A DNA stretch of 64,000 bases from Leucoraja ocellata (GCA_036785375.1 JAWMAR010000406.1:1240001-1304000); one strand, 5' to 3'. Shown: positions 11,131-25,135, counted from the stretch's first letter. The notes: generated by a model from the letters alone, not told the origin. Numbers and translations: made by a program.

Positions 11131-11616
11131 CCATTTGCTAACTTATTCATTTTAAACATGTAATGGAACAGGGAATCCACAAAGGTTTAACATGAAGCAC
11201 TCAGAAAGTGAACTCAAGAGGGATGTACCTAGAATTTAGTCCCAATATAGGGAAAAAAGTATAATGACCTTACATGTATTATTAAGGTTATCAACCAAAG
11301 TTGACAATAGTTCCATAAATCATCCATAGGATCTATGACCCAAAACAAATACACATACACTTCCCACAATTTACACAATTTGCGTCATTCTCATTACAGA
11401 TGCCCAAAGATTGCCACGAGTCCCAATGCTGAGCCAGTGGAAGGTTCAGTCACGAAGCTAGAGACAAAGTGCAAGTGTAACTCAGCGGGTCAGGCAGCAT
11501 CTCTTGAGAACAAGGATGGGTGACGTTTTGGGTCGTGACCCTTCTTCAGGCTGAAAGTAGAGGGGAGGGAACTGGAAATAAGGAAAAAAAGGCTATGTTT
11601 CACGTATTGGTCATTT

Positions 11617-11902
11617 TTAGTTTAGAGATACAGCGCGGAAACAGACCCTTCGACCCATTGGGTTCGAGCTGGCCAGCAATCCCCGCATGTTAACACTATA
11701 TGACACACACAACAGGGACAATTTTTTACATTTACCAAGCCAATTAACCCAAACCTTTACGTCTTTGGAGTATGGGAGGAAACCGAAGATCTCGGAGAAA
11801 TCCCATGTGGTCACGGGTTAACGTACAAACTCCGTACAGACAACACCCGTAGTCGGGATCGAAACCAGGTCTCTGGCACAGCAGCTCTATCGCTGCACCA
11901 CC
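11617..11902 (-). mobile_element. HE1-like V-SINE
   Basis: Same family, minus strand. Confidence 0.85.
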
Positions 11903-12279
11903 GATGTTTCATCTGACGATCAACTTTCATCTGCTCCAATCTTGTCCCTTCTTGAATCAAAGAATGGTTCAGAGCTTTGGGAGCTGATGTGGTTAAAGCA
12001 TACAACGGGGATGTATAGGTCCACCACCGATTTTCCGGCACCCTTGGTTCCAGAGCCTTTCCTTCATTATCTGCTGTGCTAGAGGTCTCAGCCTCCGAGA
12101 GGAGTCCAATGGTACTGGAATGGCCATTTGGAACAGAACAGCTGGAGCAGAATTACATTGTCCCCTGGTGCATATGATAATAAATAACCATTGAGTTGTT
12201 ACCATCCATTTGGTAGATCGTACACACCTCTCCCATTTAAATATTTGACCAGTTCTGCTCTCACCCCACTTGCTCCCTA

Positions 12280-12780
12280 ACAGAACAGGAGTAGAGTTCC
12301 TTTGGATCTCACCTTCTACCAGACCAGCCTCCGCATCCAGAATCATCGCCCTTCGACATTTCCACCACTCACATCTCCAGCACCTCATATTTTGCTTGGG
12401 CAGCTTACACCCCAGCGATGTGAGCATTGACTTCTCTAACTTCAAGTAATCCTTGTTTTCCCTCTCTCGCCATCCCCTCCCCCCTTCTCAGTCTCAGACC
12501 AGTCTTACTGTCTCCGATTACATTTTATCTCTGTTTGCTTTGTTGTTACCTTCTCCCACCTGACAATGATCTATTCTGCATTTTCCTTGATCTACATTCC
12601 CTTTGTCTGGTTTTCACACCTAGCACTTCATTATCTATGAACCTCCCAGTCCCCTGACATTAGTCTGAAGAAGGCCACGACCCAAAACATCATGCATTCC
12701 TTCTCTCCAGAGATGCTGCCTGTCCCGTTGAGTCATTCCAGCATTTCGATTGAAACCAGCATCTGCAGTTCCTTCATACC
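12280..12780 (+). mobile_element. Penelope-like element remnant
   Basis: QHLIFCLGSLHPS..IDFSNFK-coding segment plus pLTR/hammerhead-derived sequence. Confidence 0.75.
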
Positions 12781-14289
12781 ACACACATCTCCCTCTCTGC
12801 ACCTCTACCTATTTTTTGCAGAGTCCACCTTCTCCATGAGCCCCTGCTTCGTTCTTCCCTCTTCACCTATTCTTTCCACTCCCCAGGTACTTTCCCCGGC
12901 AACTATAAGAGATATAGCACGTGTCCTCATGTCTTCTCCTGCACCTCCATCCATAGGCTTACAATATTACATCTGCCATCTCTTGTGCTTCAATGACAAC
13001 GCTACATCTCAGTGAGCTCACAGTCTAAGCAGCTCCAGGTGTCTTTTCCTTGCCCCTTCTCAAGGACAAATATGAAGGCTGGGTTCTGGGTGATTGTAGG
13101 CTTCACCTATGCAGGAATAACACGGGTATATCGCTGGAACACTGCAGGACGAAGATGGCAGACCTCTGCTACCTTTGAAAATCTGAGTCTTTGGGTACAT
13201 CATCAGGTTTGGCACAGACATTGTGGGCTGAAGGGCCTGTTCCTGTGCTGTACTGTGCTATGTTTTAAATGTTGGCTCTATTGAATACCCTAAACGCCAG
13301 ATGGTTACTCTCGCCTGGTCTATTGATGTAGTACAATGCTGAGTGCCAGTGGGGAGGTTATTTTATATATTCGCAACATGACATCAGAGTCTAATTACTG
13401 ACGGACCTTTCTAAAAATTAACAACAGTTTATCTGGATATTGCACTTGGTCTCAATATTGTGTGAAACATTGTGGGAGTCCTGCTCGCATTAAATTAGTT
13501 CCCTTCCAATATATCCTCAGGTTCTGCTTAGACTGATAAATTAAGGGTGTCAGTGAAACCTTCATTGGACAAAATACTGGATTACTGCAAAATGAGATCA
13601 AAGGGCACAAGGGAATGGCAATAGAAATCTCCATTACATCGAGTCCATGCAAATTCTGCAAGTCCACACCAGTTAGAGCTAAAAACTAGCTATCCAGTGA
13701 GGGTTTTATGCATTCTTTCAACGTTGTCAAATGGAATGAAGGTTGAATTAGTCGTTATATAAAATTAATGACTCCATTTATACTTAGGTTTTAGAATATA
13801 GCAAAGTTTCGACCCAGATCTGTCAAGAACCACGTGTTGTCTGTCTGTGCACCAGTCTCCCCACTATAAACAAAGTCACGCACAGGTGTTCTCCCAAAAG
13901 AGGACAGTCATACTCGTTTCAAGTGACCGCCGATGAATAGGGGGAAATGAGCTGGAAAAAGGGTGGATTCGGGACAATGACTGGCAAGTGATAGATGGAT
14001 ACTGGTGAGGGGAAAGCTGATCGGCAGATGGGTGGACAAGGGCTGGAGATAAAAAGGAGACAAAAGGGTGTGAGATAAGGAGAGAAGAGGAGAGAAATGG
14101 GAAGCCAGAGGAAGGGATATAGATAGACGGGGATAATTGGAAAAAGAGGGGTGGGGGGTGGGGATGGGGAGGGGGTGGGGGGGGGAGTAATGGGAGAAAT
14201 GAGTGTTCACCCAGGTCGGGCACAGTCAAGAGAGGGAAAAAAGAAGGGCGGGGGAAAGAGCAACATCAAATAAATGGGGGTTGGTCAAC

Positions 14290-14600
14290 ATTTTAACTCC
14301 CCCTCCCATTCCTACTCTGACCTTTCTGTCTATTGTCAGAGTGAGGCCCAGCGCAAAATTGGAGGAACAGCACCTCATATTTTGCTTGGGCAACCTACAC
14401 CCCAGCGGTATGAACATTGACTTCTCCAACTTCAAGTAGCCATTGCTTTCCCTCTCTCTCCATCCCCTCCCCTTCCCAGTTCTCCGACCAGTCTTACTGT
14501 CTCCAACTACATTTCATCTCTGCACCGCCCACTCCCCTGACATCAGTCTGAAGAAAGGTCTCAACCCGAAACATCACCTATTCCTTCTCTCTCTCTCTCT
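14290..14600 (+). mobile_element. Penelope-like element remnant (interrupted at about 14610)
   Basis: Encodes KLEEQHLIFCLGNLHPSGMNIDFSNFK. The pLTR resumes at about 15475 after an insertion. Confidence 0.8.
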
Positions 14601-14610
14601 CTCTCTCTCT

Positions 14611-15450
14611 CAATCAATCAATCAGATTTATTCATCACATACACAATAAAGTGCAGTGAAATAAACTTGCCAGCAGCTGTACAATCAAAAAGAACACACA
14701 ATACACAACAACATTTAACACAAACATCCACCACAGCATTCTTCACTGTGGTGGAAGGCACAAAGCATAGTCAGTCCTCCTCCATTTTTCTCCCGTGGTC
14801 GGGACCATAAACCTCCGCAGTCGCCGCTGCGGGCCACCAGATGTACAGGCCCTCCCTTCTGGAAGGTAAGTCCCAAATCGGTGCTTCCCTACCCGAGACT
14901 GCGGTTTCAAGATGATGTAGGCCGCAGGCCGGCAGTCGGAGCTATTCTCTGGGGAGCCCTGGCAAGGGATCCCGCTCCGGATGGTAAGTCCACGCTGCGC
15001 CTGCGGCTAGAAGCTCCGCAGACCGCGGCTTCAAGATGATGTAGGCCGCGGGCTGGCGGGTCGGAGCTCTTCTCCTCCGGGGATCCCCAACAAGGGATCC
15101 CAGGCTCCGGGACGCCGCGCCCGCAGCTAGAAGCTCCGCTGATCGCGGCTTCAGGCTGAACAGTCCGCGGGCCAGTGATCGGAAAAAGTCCATGCTGCGC
15201 CCGCTGCTGAAGCTCCGGGTCCGACTCCGGGAAAGGCCGCGCCAATCCTTGGTGTTAGACCGCGAGGGAGGCGCCATGGAAAAAGTCGCATCTCCGTGGA
15301 GGAGGCGCCCAAAAGCGGTTTCTCCCTTACCACCCCCCACACAAGACACACCGAGAGACATTAAAACAAACATTTGGACATGCTAAAAATTAAAAAAAAG
15401 TAGAAATGACTAACACGCTGCTGGCAGGGCAGCACAGCGCACCTACCGAC
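14611..15450 (-). mobile_element. Non-autonomous GC-rich retroelement with (TGAT)n tail and internal ~120-bp tandem units
   Basis: It interrupts a Penelope pLTR. The 3' end resembles 33089-33286 on the opposite strand. The body is CpG-rich with duplicated units at about 14897-15020 and 15021-15140. Confidence 0.7.
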
Positions 15451-15996
15451 CTTGGAGATGTTGCCTGCCCCCGCTTCAGAGATGCTGCCTGTCCCGCTGA
15501 GTTACTCCAGCATTTTGTGTCTATCGAATAAATGGGACTAGTTTTGATGGGGCATCTTGGTCCGCATGGGCGAGTTGGGCTAAAAGGCCCGTTTCCATGT
15601 TTCTGTGCTGTATGAGTCTAAAGAGAGAGTGAGAGAATTGCCAAAAAACTGATTATGAATGCCCAGGAGCATGGTCCCCCAATCATTCTAATTGCAACTT
15701 TAATCCCACTTCATTCTGATAAGTCTCACTGAAGCCTTCAAGGAATGAAAAGAAAATCATATTTTTTGCTCTTGGTGTGATTATTCCCCGAGCTCTTTGT
15801 TAATCAGGACTAGACAAAAGAATCAATGTTTTTTTTAAACTTTCCAATTATAAATCCAGATCAGCAGAGGAAACGTACATCAATCATTCTGTCAATAGCA
15901 GTGAGCTCTGCTGACAATCTTCCCCTCCTCTCACTCAGTGTTTGCTGCTGATGGCAGAGCCTGCATATATTGCAAGGCACAGGTGACCAGAACAAG

Positions 15997-16290
15997 TCCT
16001 GAGTATAGAATTTGGGAGGTCATATTGGAGTTGTACAAGACGTTGGTGAGACCGCCTTCAGAGTATTGTGTTCAGTTCTGGGCACCATGTTATAGGAAAG
16101 ATATTGTCAAACTTGAAAGGGTTCAGAGAAGATTTACGAGGATGTTGCCAGGACTAGAAGGTCTGAGCTATAGGGAGAGGTTGAGTAGCCTGGGTCTCTA
16201 TTCCTTGGAGCACAGGAGGATGACGGGCGATGTTATAGAGGTGCAACTGATCATGAGAGGAATAGATTGGGTAGATACACAGTCTCTTCC
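15997..16290 (+). mobile_element. CR1/HER1 LINE fragment
   Basis: Encodes LYKTLVRP..EYCVQFWAP..LERVQRRFTRMLPGLEGLSYRERL. Confidence 0.88.
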
Positions 16291-16521
16291 CGCTCCACTA
16301 TCCTCTCAGGCTATCCATTCCAAACTCCAACTAGCTTCTGGGTGAAAAAAATCTTCCTTATGTCCCCTCTAAACCTTCAACACCTTACTGTAAACCTATG
16401 TTATCCTTAATCCCCTTGCTGATTATGAATCTATCACCACCTAGAAAATATTTTCATCGATTATGCATGAGGATGAGAAGGAGGGAAGGAGCATGGTGAC
16501 AGGGGACTGTGGTGGGAGAGA

Positions 16522-16885
16522 AGTCATAGTCATAGAATGATACAACATGGAAACAGGCCCTTCGGCCCAACTTGACATCACCGTCCAACATGTCCCAGCT
16601 ACACGAGCCCCACCTGCCTGTGTTTGGCCCATTTCCCACCAAACCTGTCCTATCCATGTACCTATCTAACTGTTTCTTAAACGTTGGGATAGTCCCTGCG
16701 TCAACTACCTCCTCTGGCAGCTCGCTCCATCCACTCACCGCTCTTTGTGTGAAAAAGTTACCCCTCAGATTCCTATAAAATAGTTTCCCCCTTCACCTTA
16801 AACCTATGTCCTCTAGTCCTCAATTCACCTATTCAGGCCAGGAAACTCTGTGCATCTACCCGATCTATTCCTCTCATGGTTTTAT
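16522..16885 (-). mobile_element. HER1-like LINE 3' end
   Basis: W(N)ELPEEVV.AGTI.TFKKQLDRYM coding tail plus the conserved 3' UTR (gggccgaagggcctgtttcc). Confidence 0.85.
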
Positions 16886-19800
16886 CCTGCGCAGAGGCGA
16901 GGGAAAAATGGGAAAGAAAGAAAGATAGCAGGGGGTATTGCATAAAAATTGATGGTAACCAAAATATGTACAAGAATCTTAGCAACAGATGAGATGAAAG
17001 AACATATTAGTCCAAGGCATCAATGCATCATGAGTTGTAAAGGGATTACTTGGAACACATTACTTCACCTGTCTCTTACACATTTGAAAAGGTTTTAACA
17101 TAATGGACAGCTCTTTAAAACATTTTTAATCTTCATTTGCAATGGAACAGTCAGTGTCAAAGCAGTAGGTGTCTGATTAACTACAGTGTGATCAGAGAAT
17201 AATGGATCATTCCCCTTCATCTCTCCTTGTTGTTGCACACAGACATGATACATTCCCCATGTTCTCCAGCTGTGAAGTTAACAGATGTTTTGCTTTTTTT
17301 TTTACACAATTGCTTTATTAACCTGCAGTTGCATCAGACGCTCTCCGAGATCTGAAGAAAAAGAATGGGGGGAAAAACACAAAAACGTTCTATTTTTATC
17401 TGAATTTACGTATAGCAAGCACTCGGAATTACAAAGGCTGCGGATGATCGAGAATAGACTGTTTTAACATTCCCTTTTCTCTGCTCCTGCATATGATCAG
17501 TTCCACAAGTGAACCTGTCATACATATTAAAGGAACAGTATACCACATAGACGCGGAGTGTGGGCCAGTTATTAGGTTCAACGGGTGAATGATTGTACCC
17601 GCTAAACAGGTGTCTCAAGCCTTTCTCACTCACTCCACCCATCTGACAATCACCCCCCCCCCCCCCTCCCCCCTCCCCCCCTCCACCCCCACCTCACCTG
17701 TACCCACCTATCACTTGCCAATTATGAGCAATTGCAAGGTGCTGGTTTAAACCAAAGATGGACACAAAATAGCTGGAGTAACTCAGCGGGTCAGACAGCA
17801 CATCTGGGGAAAAGGAGTGGCTGACGTTTCGGGTCAAGACCCTTCTACAGTCTGGAGAAGGGCCTCGATCCAAAACGTCACATATTCCTTTTCTCCAGAG
17901 ATACTGTATGACCCGCTGAATTGCTCCAGCTTTTTGTGTCTATCTATCACTTGCCAGGTTTTGACACATATTGCTTGTAAATAGAAGCAACAAAGAAGCA
18001 AAGTTGCATGCCTGCAATTTTGGGTGCTTTAATTTTGATAAAAACACATAGCCTTGTGTTGTTCTGTAAGGCAATGCCAGTACTGATCTCTGTGTAGACT
18101 GTGGGTATGGTGCTGAGGTGGCAATTAAATTACCATGTTAATAATTTGGCAACCGGGACTCATAACCCAGAGTTCAAATCTTGAAACTGGCCAATGTGAG
18201 ATTTAAATTCAGATAATAATCGGAAATTTGAAGGAGAACTACTGTTTTGTACAAACTACCAGATTATTGTTAAAAACTGAAGAAGGGTCCAGACCCGATT
18301 CGTCACCTATCCATTTTCTTTAGAGATGCTGCTAAACCCACTGTTCAAAAGGGATAGGAGTAGAATTAGGCCATTCAGCCCATCAAGTCTATTCTGCCAT
18401 TTAATCAAGGCTGACCTATCTCTCCCTCCTAACCCCATTCTCTTACCTTCTCCCCATAACCTCTGGCACCCATACTAATCAAAGCAATAATCCAGCCTTT
18501 TGTGTCTATCTCTGGTATAAACCAGCATCTTCAGTTTCTTTTTTATTACACACAGCATTGTTGAAACCAATTTGGTTTACTGTTACGCAAGATAAGAATT
18601 CTGCCCCCTGTTACATATACAACTCCAACTCCAGGACCATATACAACACCAGACCCTCCCTGTGTGGTTGACTCTTAAACACCCTCTGAAATGAACCAGC
18701 GAGACCTGTGATTCAAAGGCAGTTAGTGATGGACAATAAATGTCAGTGACTCCCAGAAATGGAAACATTAAGATTGGCCATCCCGGTTACGAATAGGTTC
18801 CATTTTTATAGATGTCCTTAAATCGATTTTGTTCAAAAGTTGGGAAATGCACAAATTGACGATGTAGTAACCAGTTAATTGCTCACTTGCCTGATAACAG
18901 CTGGGAAGAAACTGTCTCTGAATTTGGAGGTGTGCGTTTTCACACTTCTGTACCTCTTGCCTGATGGGGGAGGGGAAAAGTTGGAGTTACCGGGGTGAAA
19001 CTCATCCTTGATTATGCTGGTGGCCTTGCTGAGGCATTGTGAAGTGTCGATGTAGTCAATGGAAGGGAGGTTGGTTTGTGTAGGAAGGCAGATGCTGGTT
19101 TAAACCAAAGATAGACACAAAATGTTGGAGTAACTCAGCTGGACAGACCGAATCTCTGGAGAGACGTAATGGGTGTAGAAGAAGGGTCTCGACCCAAAAC
19201 GTCACCCATTCCTTCTCTCCAGAGATGCTAATGTCCCACTGAGTTACTCCAGCATTTTATGTCCAGGTTGGTTTGTGTGATGGTCTGGGCTCCATCCTTA
19301 TGACTGAAGTTGCTGCCAGTTTAGATACAATTGAATGTGAGTTCTACAGGAACAAGAATTCAGTACGAACGATTTCTTGCAACTACTGTATGCCTGTATC
19401 CTGAACATTGAGTAGAGTCGACATGTTGTATTAAAATTGTACAATGTGATTGCGAGGTCACACTTGGAGTATTGCGTTCAGTTTTAGGCGCTCTGCTATA
19501 AGAAAGATGTCACAAAGCTGGACAGAGTGCAGAGAAGATTAATGAGAATCTTGCCAGCACTTGAAGTACATATTTTTCCTCATTGACTGACTGCATTTGG
19601 TTCTGGTATACCGGTATCTGTTCATCATTAGTTGTTCTTAAATAAGTGAAATAACATTGTTATGTGCTATTAAAGTTGCCAGGGGTAAACAAGATGAAAA
19701 AGATTGAGAATGCCTGGTGTAAGGTGATCGGGGAAAGATTTAATAGGAACCCAAGAGGCATTTACATGTGTAGGAAGGAACTGCAGATGCTGGTTTATAC

Positions 19801-21315
19801 TGAAGAAAGACACAAAATGCTGGAGTAATTCAATGGGACAGGCAGCATCTCTGGATAGAAGGAATGGGTGACGTTTTGGGTCGAGACCCTACTTCAGACC
19901 TGAAACGTCACCCATTCCTTCTCTCCAGGCAACACTTGCTCACAGAGGGTGGTGAATATATGGGACGAGCTGCCAGAGGACGTGGCTGTGGCAGGTACAA
20001 CAACAACATTCAAAAGTCATTTGGACAGGTAAATGAATAAGATAGGTTGAGTGGGATTTGGTCAAATGTGGGCAAGATGGGACTAGCATAAGATGGACAT
20101 CTTGGTTGGTATGGACGAGTTGGGCCAAAGGGTCTATTTCCATTCCGAATGTCTCTAAGACTGAGACAGCCTAATGCTCTACAATAATCAAGGAAGCAAA
20201 TTCTCACACCTACACCAATCAATGTGGTTAAGTACAGGTTAACCAATGTCAAAGATACGTTTGAATAAACAGGAGACATAATATAAACAGTGCATTAACA
20301 CTGCATTCTTTGCTGCAGCCGTGCCTAACAGTGCAGTTTCCAGTTGGGAAAAATGATTTTCGCGGATTTGTGTTAGGATTTGGAATCATAAAAGATGCAA
20401 GAAAGCTGTTCTCATCACACTACAGTTGTGAACAACTGCCGTATACCTGTGCAATGTTCTCACTAGCAGCCAGTGGCTGTAAAGGGGCAGCAGTAGCAAT
20501 GACTGAATATGTCACAGCAGAATGTGGAGAATCAGATCCCTGTGTTCCAAATGCCAATGCGTAGGAGACTAAAGAGACAATATTCAATATCATGAGCAGC
20601 TGAAACAACTAGCCACAAAATGCAGATTTATAGCTGCTCTATCATTGCAAGTGACAGTAATCTAGTTAGAAAAATGGATGTGGGTTCACCTGGACTACAT
20701 CGAAGTCATAGCTAGGTGATGTAGAAACAAGGTACTGCAGATACTGGTTTACAAAACAAGACACAAATTGCTGCAGACTTCTGATGAAGTCATCTATCTA
20801 TGTTCTCCAGAGATGCTACCTGACCCACTGAGTTACTCAAGAACTTTGTGCCCTTATATAGCTTGGTGACACCAAGTTTTCCCAATTGAGCCAACCCTTG
20901 AACGATGTAATAACTCAGCAGCAATAAGGAACGGTAATATATTTCTAAGTCAGAATAGTGTGAAACTTGAAGGGAAACTCAGACGTGATAATGTTCCCCT
21001 GCATCTGATGCTTCACCTTAAGCGGTAGAGTTACAGCCTTATAGTGCTAGAGACCTTGGGTTCGTCCCTATGGGTGCTGTCTGTACGGAGTTTGTACGTT
21101 CTCCCTGTGAACTGCGTGGGTTTTCTCCGGGTGCTCTGGTTTCCTCCCACACTCTAAAGACGTACATGTTTGTATGCTAATTGGTTTCAGTATGTGAGTA
21201 GGATAATGCTAGTGTGCAGGGATCGCCAGTGCCACAGACTCAGAGGGCCGACGGGCTTGGTTCCACGCTACACAGTACCTCTAAACTAAAGTAAGCTAAT
21301 TAGATGTGCTTACTC

Positions 21316-21857
21316 GTTCCAGGTGCGACAGAGGTTTACCTGCATCTCTTCCAACCTCATCTATTGCGTCCGCTGCTCTAGATGTCAGCAGATCTATATC
21401 GGTGAGACCAAGCGGAGGTTGGGCGATCGTTTCACCGAACACCTCCGCTCGGTCCGCAATAACCAAGCTGACCTCCCGGTGGCTCAACACTTCAACTCCC
21501 CCTCCCACTCCGTCTCCGACCTCTCTGTCCTGGGTCTCCTCCATGGCCACAGCGAGCAGCACTGAAAATTGGAGGAACAGCACCTCATATTCCGTTTGGG
21601 GAGTCTGCATCCCGGGGGCATGAACATCGAATTCTCCCAATTTTGTTAGTCCTTGCTGTCTCCTCCCCCTCCTCAGCCCCCTGCTGTCTCCTCCCATCCC
21701 CCAGCCTTCGGGCTCCTCCTCCTTTTCCCTTTCTTGTCCCCGCCCACCCCCGTCCCCGATCAGTCTGAAGAAGGGTTTCGGCCCGAAATGTTGCCTATTT
21801 CCTTCGCTCCATAGATGCTGCTGCACCCGCTGAGTTTCTCCAGCTTTTTTGTGTAAC
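21316..21857 (+). mobile_element. Penelope-like element: GIY-YIG endonuclease domain + pLTR
   Basis: Encodes FTCISSNLIYCVRCSRC..YIGETKRRLGDRFTEH. There is an in-frame TGA at 21563-21565. A hammerhead-like core at 21765 has a mutated stem III. Confidence 0.92.
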
Positions 21858-24800
21858 CATCTTTCAATCATAGGCAGTTTATCATGGTCAGAGTCAGTAA
21901 TACACAAATCATTCCAAATCACTCCAGACACAGGAAAAAGTGAATAATTTCACACGACACTTTCATACCAATGTATTAAGGCTTTTAAATCCTTAGTTTG
22001 AGCTAGGATGGAACCCACTAGTTCCTGAGATGAAAGGTTATAATGTCACTCCCAGCACTGGCTCAAATCCCTGCTGCATTTTGTTCTACCGGTTTGCCAT
22101 GTTCCAAATTGGAAAATAAACTTCATGGTAATCAGATAAGAATTCCAATTAGCGTTTCTGTGCTTGTGTATATTTGTTGCATCGTAACAGCTGAATGAGT
22201 CTCATCTTCGAATATTAGCATATCATTACACTTCTAAAAACCACTTTTATATAAAGTCAATGCTCTTAATTGTGGCACCGTGCTAGAAATTACATTTCAC
22301 GGATGAAATCACTGGTGTTAAAGCAACACAAATCAGGACTTAGGTAGATACTTTGGTTCTCACTTAGCGCCAGGCACCAGCAAATATACTCTCGAGTGCA
22401 GCGATGCTTCAGAGTGGTGAATCTCCTCAGGACTTCGTCAACTCATTTCTGAGGTTCTTCGGTCTTCAGTCTGAAGAAGTGTCTTGGCGCGGAATGTGTT
22501 AGGAATTGTGTTATCTCCACAATCACCACCGGGTGGCGCCAACAATGGCTGCCTCGCCAGCCGTCTGTCACGTCCCTTCTCTGTTTTTACTATTTTAAGT
22601 ATGTTTTAAAGGTGTGTTTTAATGTTGTTTGGTTAGTTTATGTGGGGGGGGGGGGGGGGGGGGGGGGGGGGAATAGAGGGAAACATTTTTTTGTCACTTA
22701 CCCGACAGAGATGTGATGTTCTCGGTGTCTCACCCCCCCCCCCACTGGCCTAACAACTGGTATGGTGCGGCCTTTCCAGGAGACCGGCCTGATGCTTCAA
22801 GCCGAAGGCACAGCGCAAACTTTAACATCGCTGCAGATCGTTCCCATAGCCAATTTTGTGGGCCGGTATCTCGGCTCTTCGGTGGCCCTTTCTGTTACCA
22901 ATTGGACTCCTCCTCAGAGGCCGTCGCCTCTGTTGGTCCAGCAAAACAGATTAATCCAGAAAGTCTCTGGAAACCAAGGGTGTCTGAAAAATTGGACCTG
23001 GACATGAAAGTGGTGTCGCTCCATAAGTTGCTGACCACTATCTCACATGTGTGGCTCCGTTGCTGCATCCAGAATAAAAGGTTTGCTGAGTCATTGATGA
23101 GTGCAGTTATAGTCGCAGAGTCACACAGCGTTAGCCATTCAGCCCACCATGACCATACCAACAAGTGGTCTCCTAGTCATATTAATCCCATCTTCCAACA
23201 CTTGGTCCGTAGCCTTCTATGCTTAGGTGATTTAAAAGCTCATCCAGTCACATCTTAAATGTTGAAGATAGACACAAAGTGCTGGAGTAACTCAGCTGGG
23301 TCAGGCAGCATCCTGCGGTAAAAGGATGGGTGACATTTTGGGCTGGAACCCTTGTTTCGGGCTGAAAATAAAGGGGAGGGAACTGGAGGTTGGAGAAGGC
23401 CAGATCGCATCAGGGCCGGCAACAAATGACCAATGGAACCTACAATGGTCCATTGTTGCCTGGGGAAGAGGTGATAACGAAGGGATACAAGGATGCGAAC
23501 AGCGGAACTAGTAGGATGACTAGGGTGGGGAATTGGAGGTGTGGGGTAAAGGGGGGAGAAAGGAGGCAATGAAGTCGTTACTTACAATTAAGCCATTATG
23601 AAATTACCTCAAATGCTGGTGGATTCCACCATTCTCTCAGGCAGAGCATTCCAGGTAATCCCTACTCCATGAGTGAGATAAGCCTCTGTCATCTCCCTAC
23701 TAAACCTCTTGCACTTGCCTGTTGCCTTTATGAGTCTCTCAGGCATTGCAGATTAACATGCAAGAAGCTCAATTAAAGGAGTATTGGCCTCCTCGGCATT
23801 GAAAGAATCTGCAGAAAATGCAGCCTCAAGGAAGCTGCCAATACAGGTCCATCGCCGATTTTCCCAGCAAGTGGTAGGCCGCCCCCTCCCTCCCTCCCTC
23901 CCCAAAGGCCGTGACCTCTGTTGGTCCGGCAAAACGGATAATCCAGAAAGGCTCTGGAAGCGAATGTGCTGGAAAACAAGTGGTGGACTTGTATCATTAC
24001 CCTAAATCTGTGTCACGTTGTGTGGTTCTACCAAATGTGCAGAGGAGGAAATGAAAGACTGACAGGGACTGAACAGAGCAGATATAAAAAGGATCACACT
24101 TGTTTTTAATAGTTGAAAGTTGGTGCCCTCTGGTTGGGGAATGAGTAATAAGATATAATTAAGTGATTAGAGGTTGGGGAAGTATCTTCTGTGGAAGGAA
24201 GAGGAGAGAAAACAAAATTAAAGGATTCCTTGCTTGGCATCTGATCTCAGAAGCCGGAGATTTTATGTATCTTGTATGAGGAGATTATTTTTACATTGAA
24301 ATGTGACCTAAATATTAGTCAGAAGAAACAGCAGAATTATTTGTTTTCCCAAATTGTGCGATAATAACTGTGTTATCAAACTGCAAATGGAAGCTTGTTA
24401 ATCATTTAAATGTCTAGTCTATTATTAGGCTTCAGTCTCTGAGCATTGGTTTTACTTGATCTAAACTGAACAATAATGCAGCTTGAATGCCCGAGTCAGA
24501 CATTAAAATTCCACGCAGACTGACTTCCCAAAAACACATATTCAGTCCAATTTATCACTGTGTTTTCAAACCAGAGGATTTAAATTCATGACAATGTCTC
24601 CACCAATTTACAATATTTTTTTGTCACTGTGAGTGCCAGAAGGGACTGAGATAATAGACTCACAGGGAAAGGTTATTTATGACCAAACAGAAACCATTTA
24701 CGCACATTAGATGATTTTCAAGTGTTGGAAAAATTGGGCTGTTCAGCGCACCTGGCATTTCCTGGTGTAAATCGTGCATCTGATAATGTGTAGGAAAGGA

Positions 24801-25135
24801 ACTGCAGATGCTGGTTTAAACCAAAGATGGACACAAAAAGCTGGAGTAACTCTTGAAGAAGGGCCTCGACCCGAATCGTCACCCATTCCTTGTCTCCAGA
24901 GAAGCTGCCTGTCCCGCTTAGTTACTCCAGCTTTTTGTGTGCATCTACTAATGCCGTCTGGTGAGTCAAACAAAGACTGGCTGTTGAAAATGTGACCCAG
25001 TCATTGTTGTAATGAAGTGCCTCGAGAGGTTAGTTATGGTGAACATCAACTTCAATCTTAGTAAGGGACTGGACCAGTTTCAAATGGCTTACCATACAAC
25101 AGATAGACACAAAAAGCTGGAGTAACTCAGCGTGA

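Noticed and set aside
14897-15150. CRISPR-like repeat array
   Set aside because: These are long imperfect tandem units without unique spacers, inside a eukaryotic retroelement, with no cas genes.
22644-22671. Long poly-G/poly-C runs (also about 17653, 38882, 49754, 51516) as G-quadruplex elements
   Set aside because: They mostly lie within retroelement linkers, and homopolymer lengths are unreliable.
22713-23258. 181-aa plus-strand ORF
   Set aside because: It spans a repeat head, unique sequence and a LINE tail. It has no domain signature and is a likely chance ORF.
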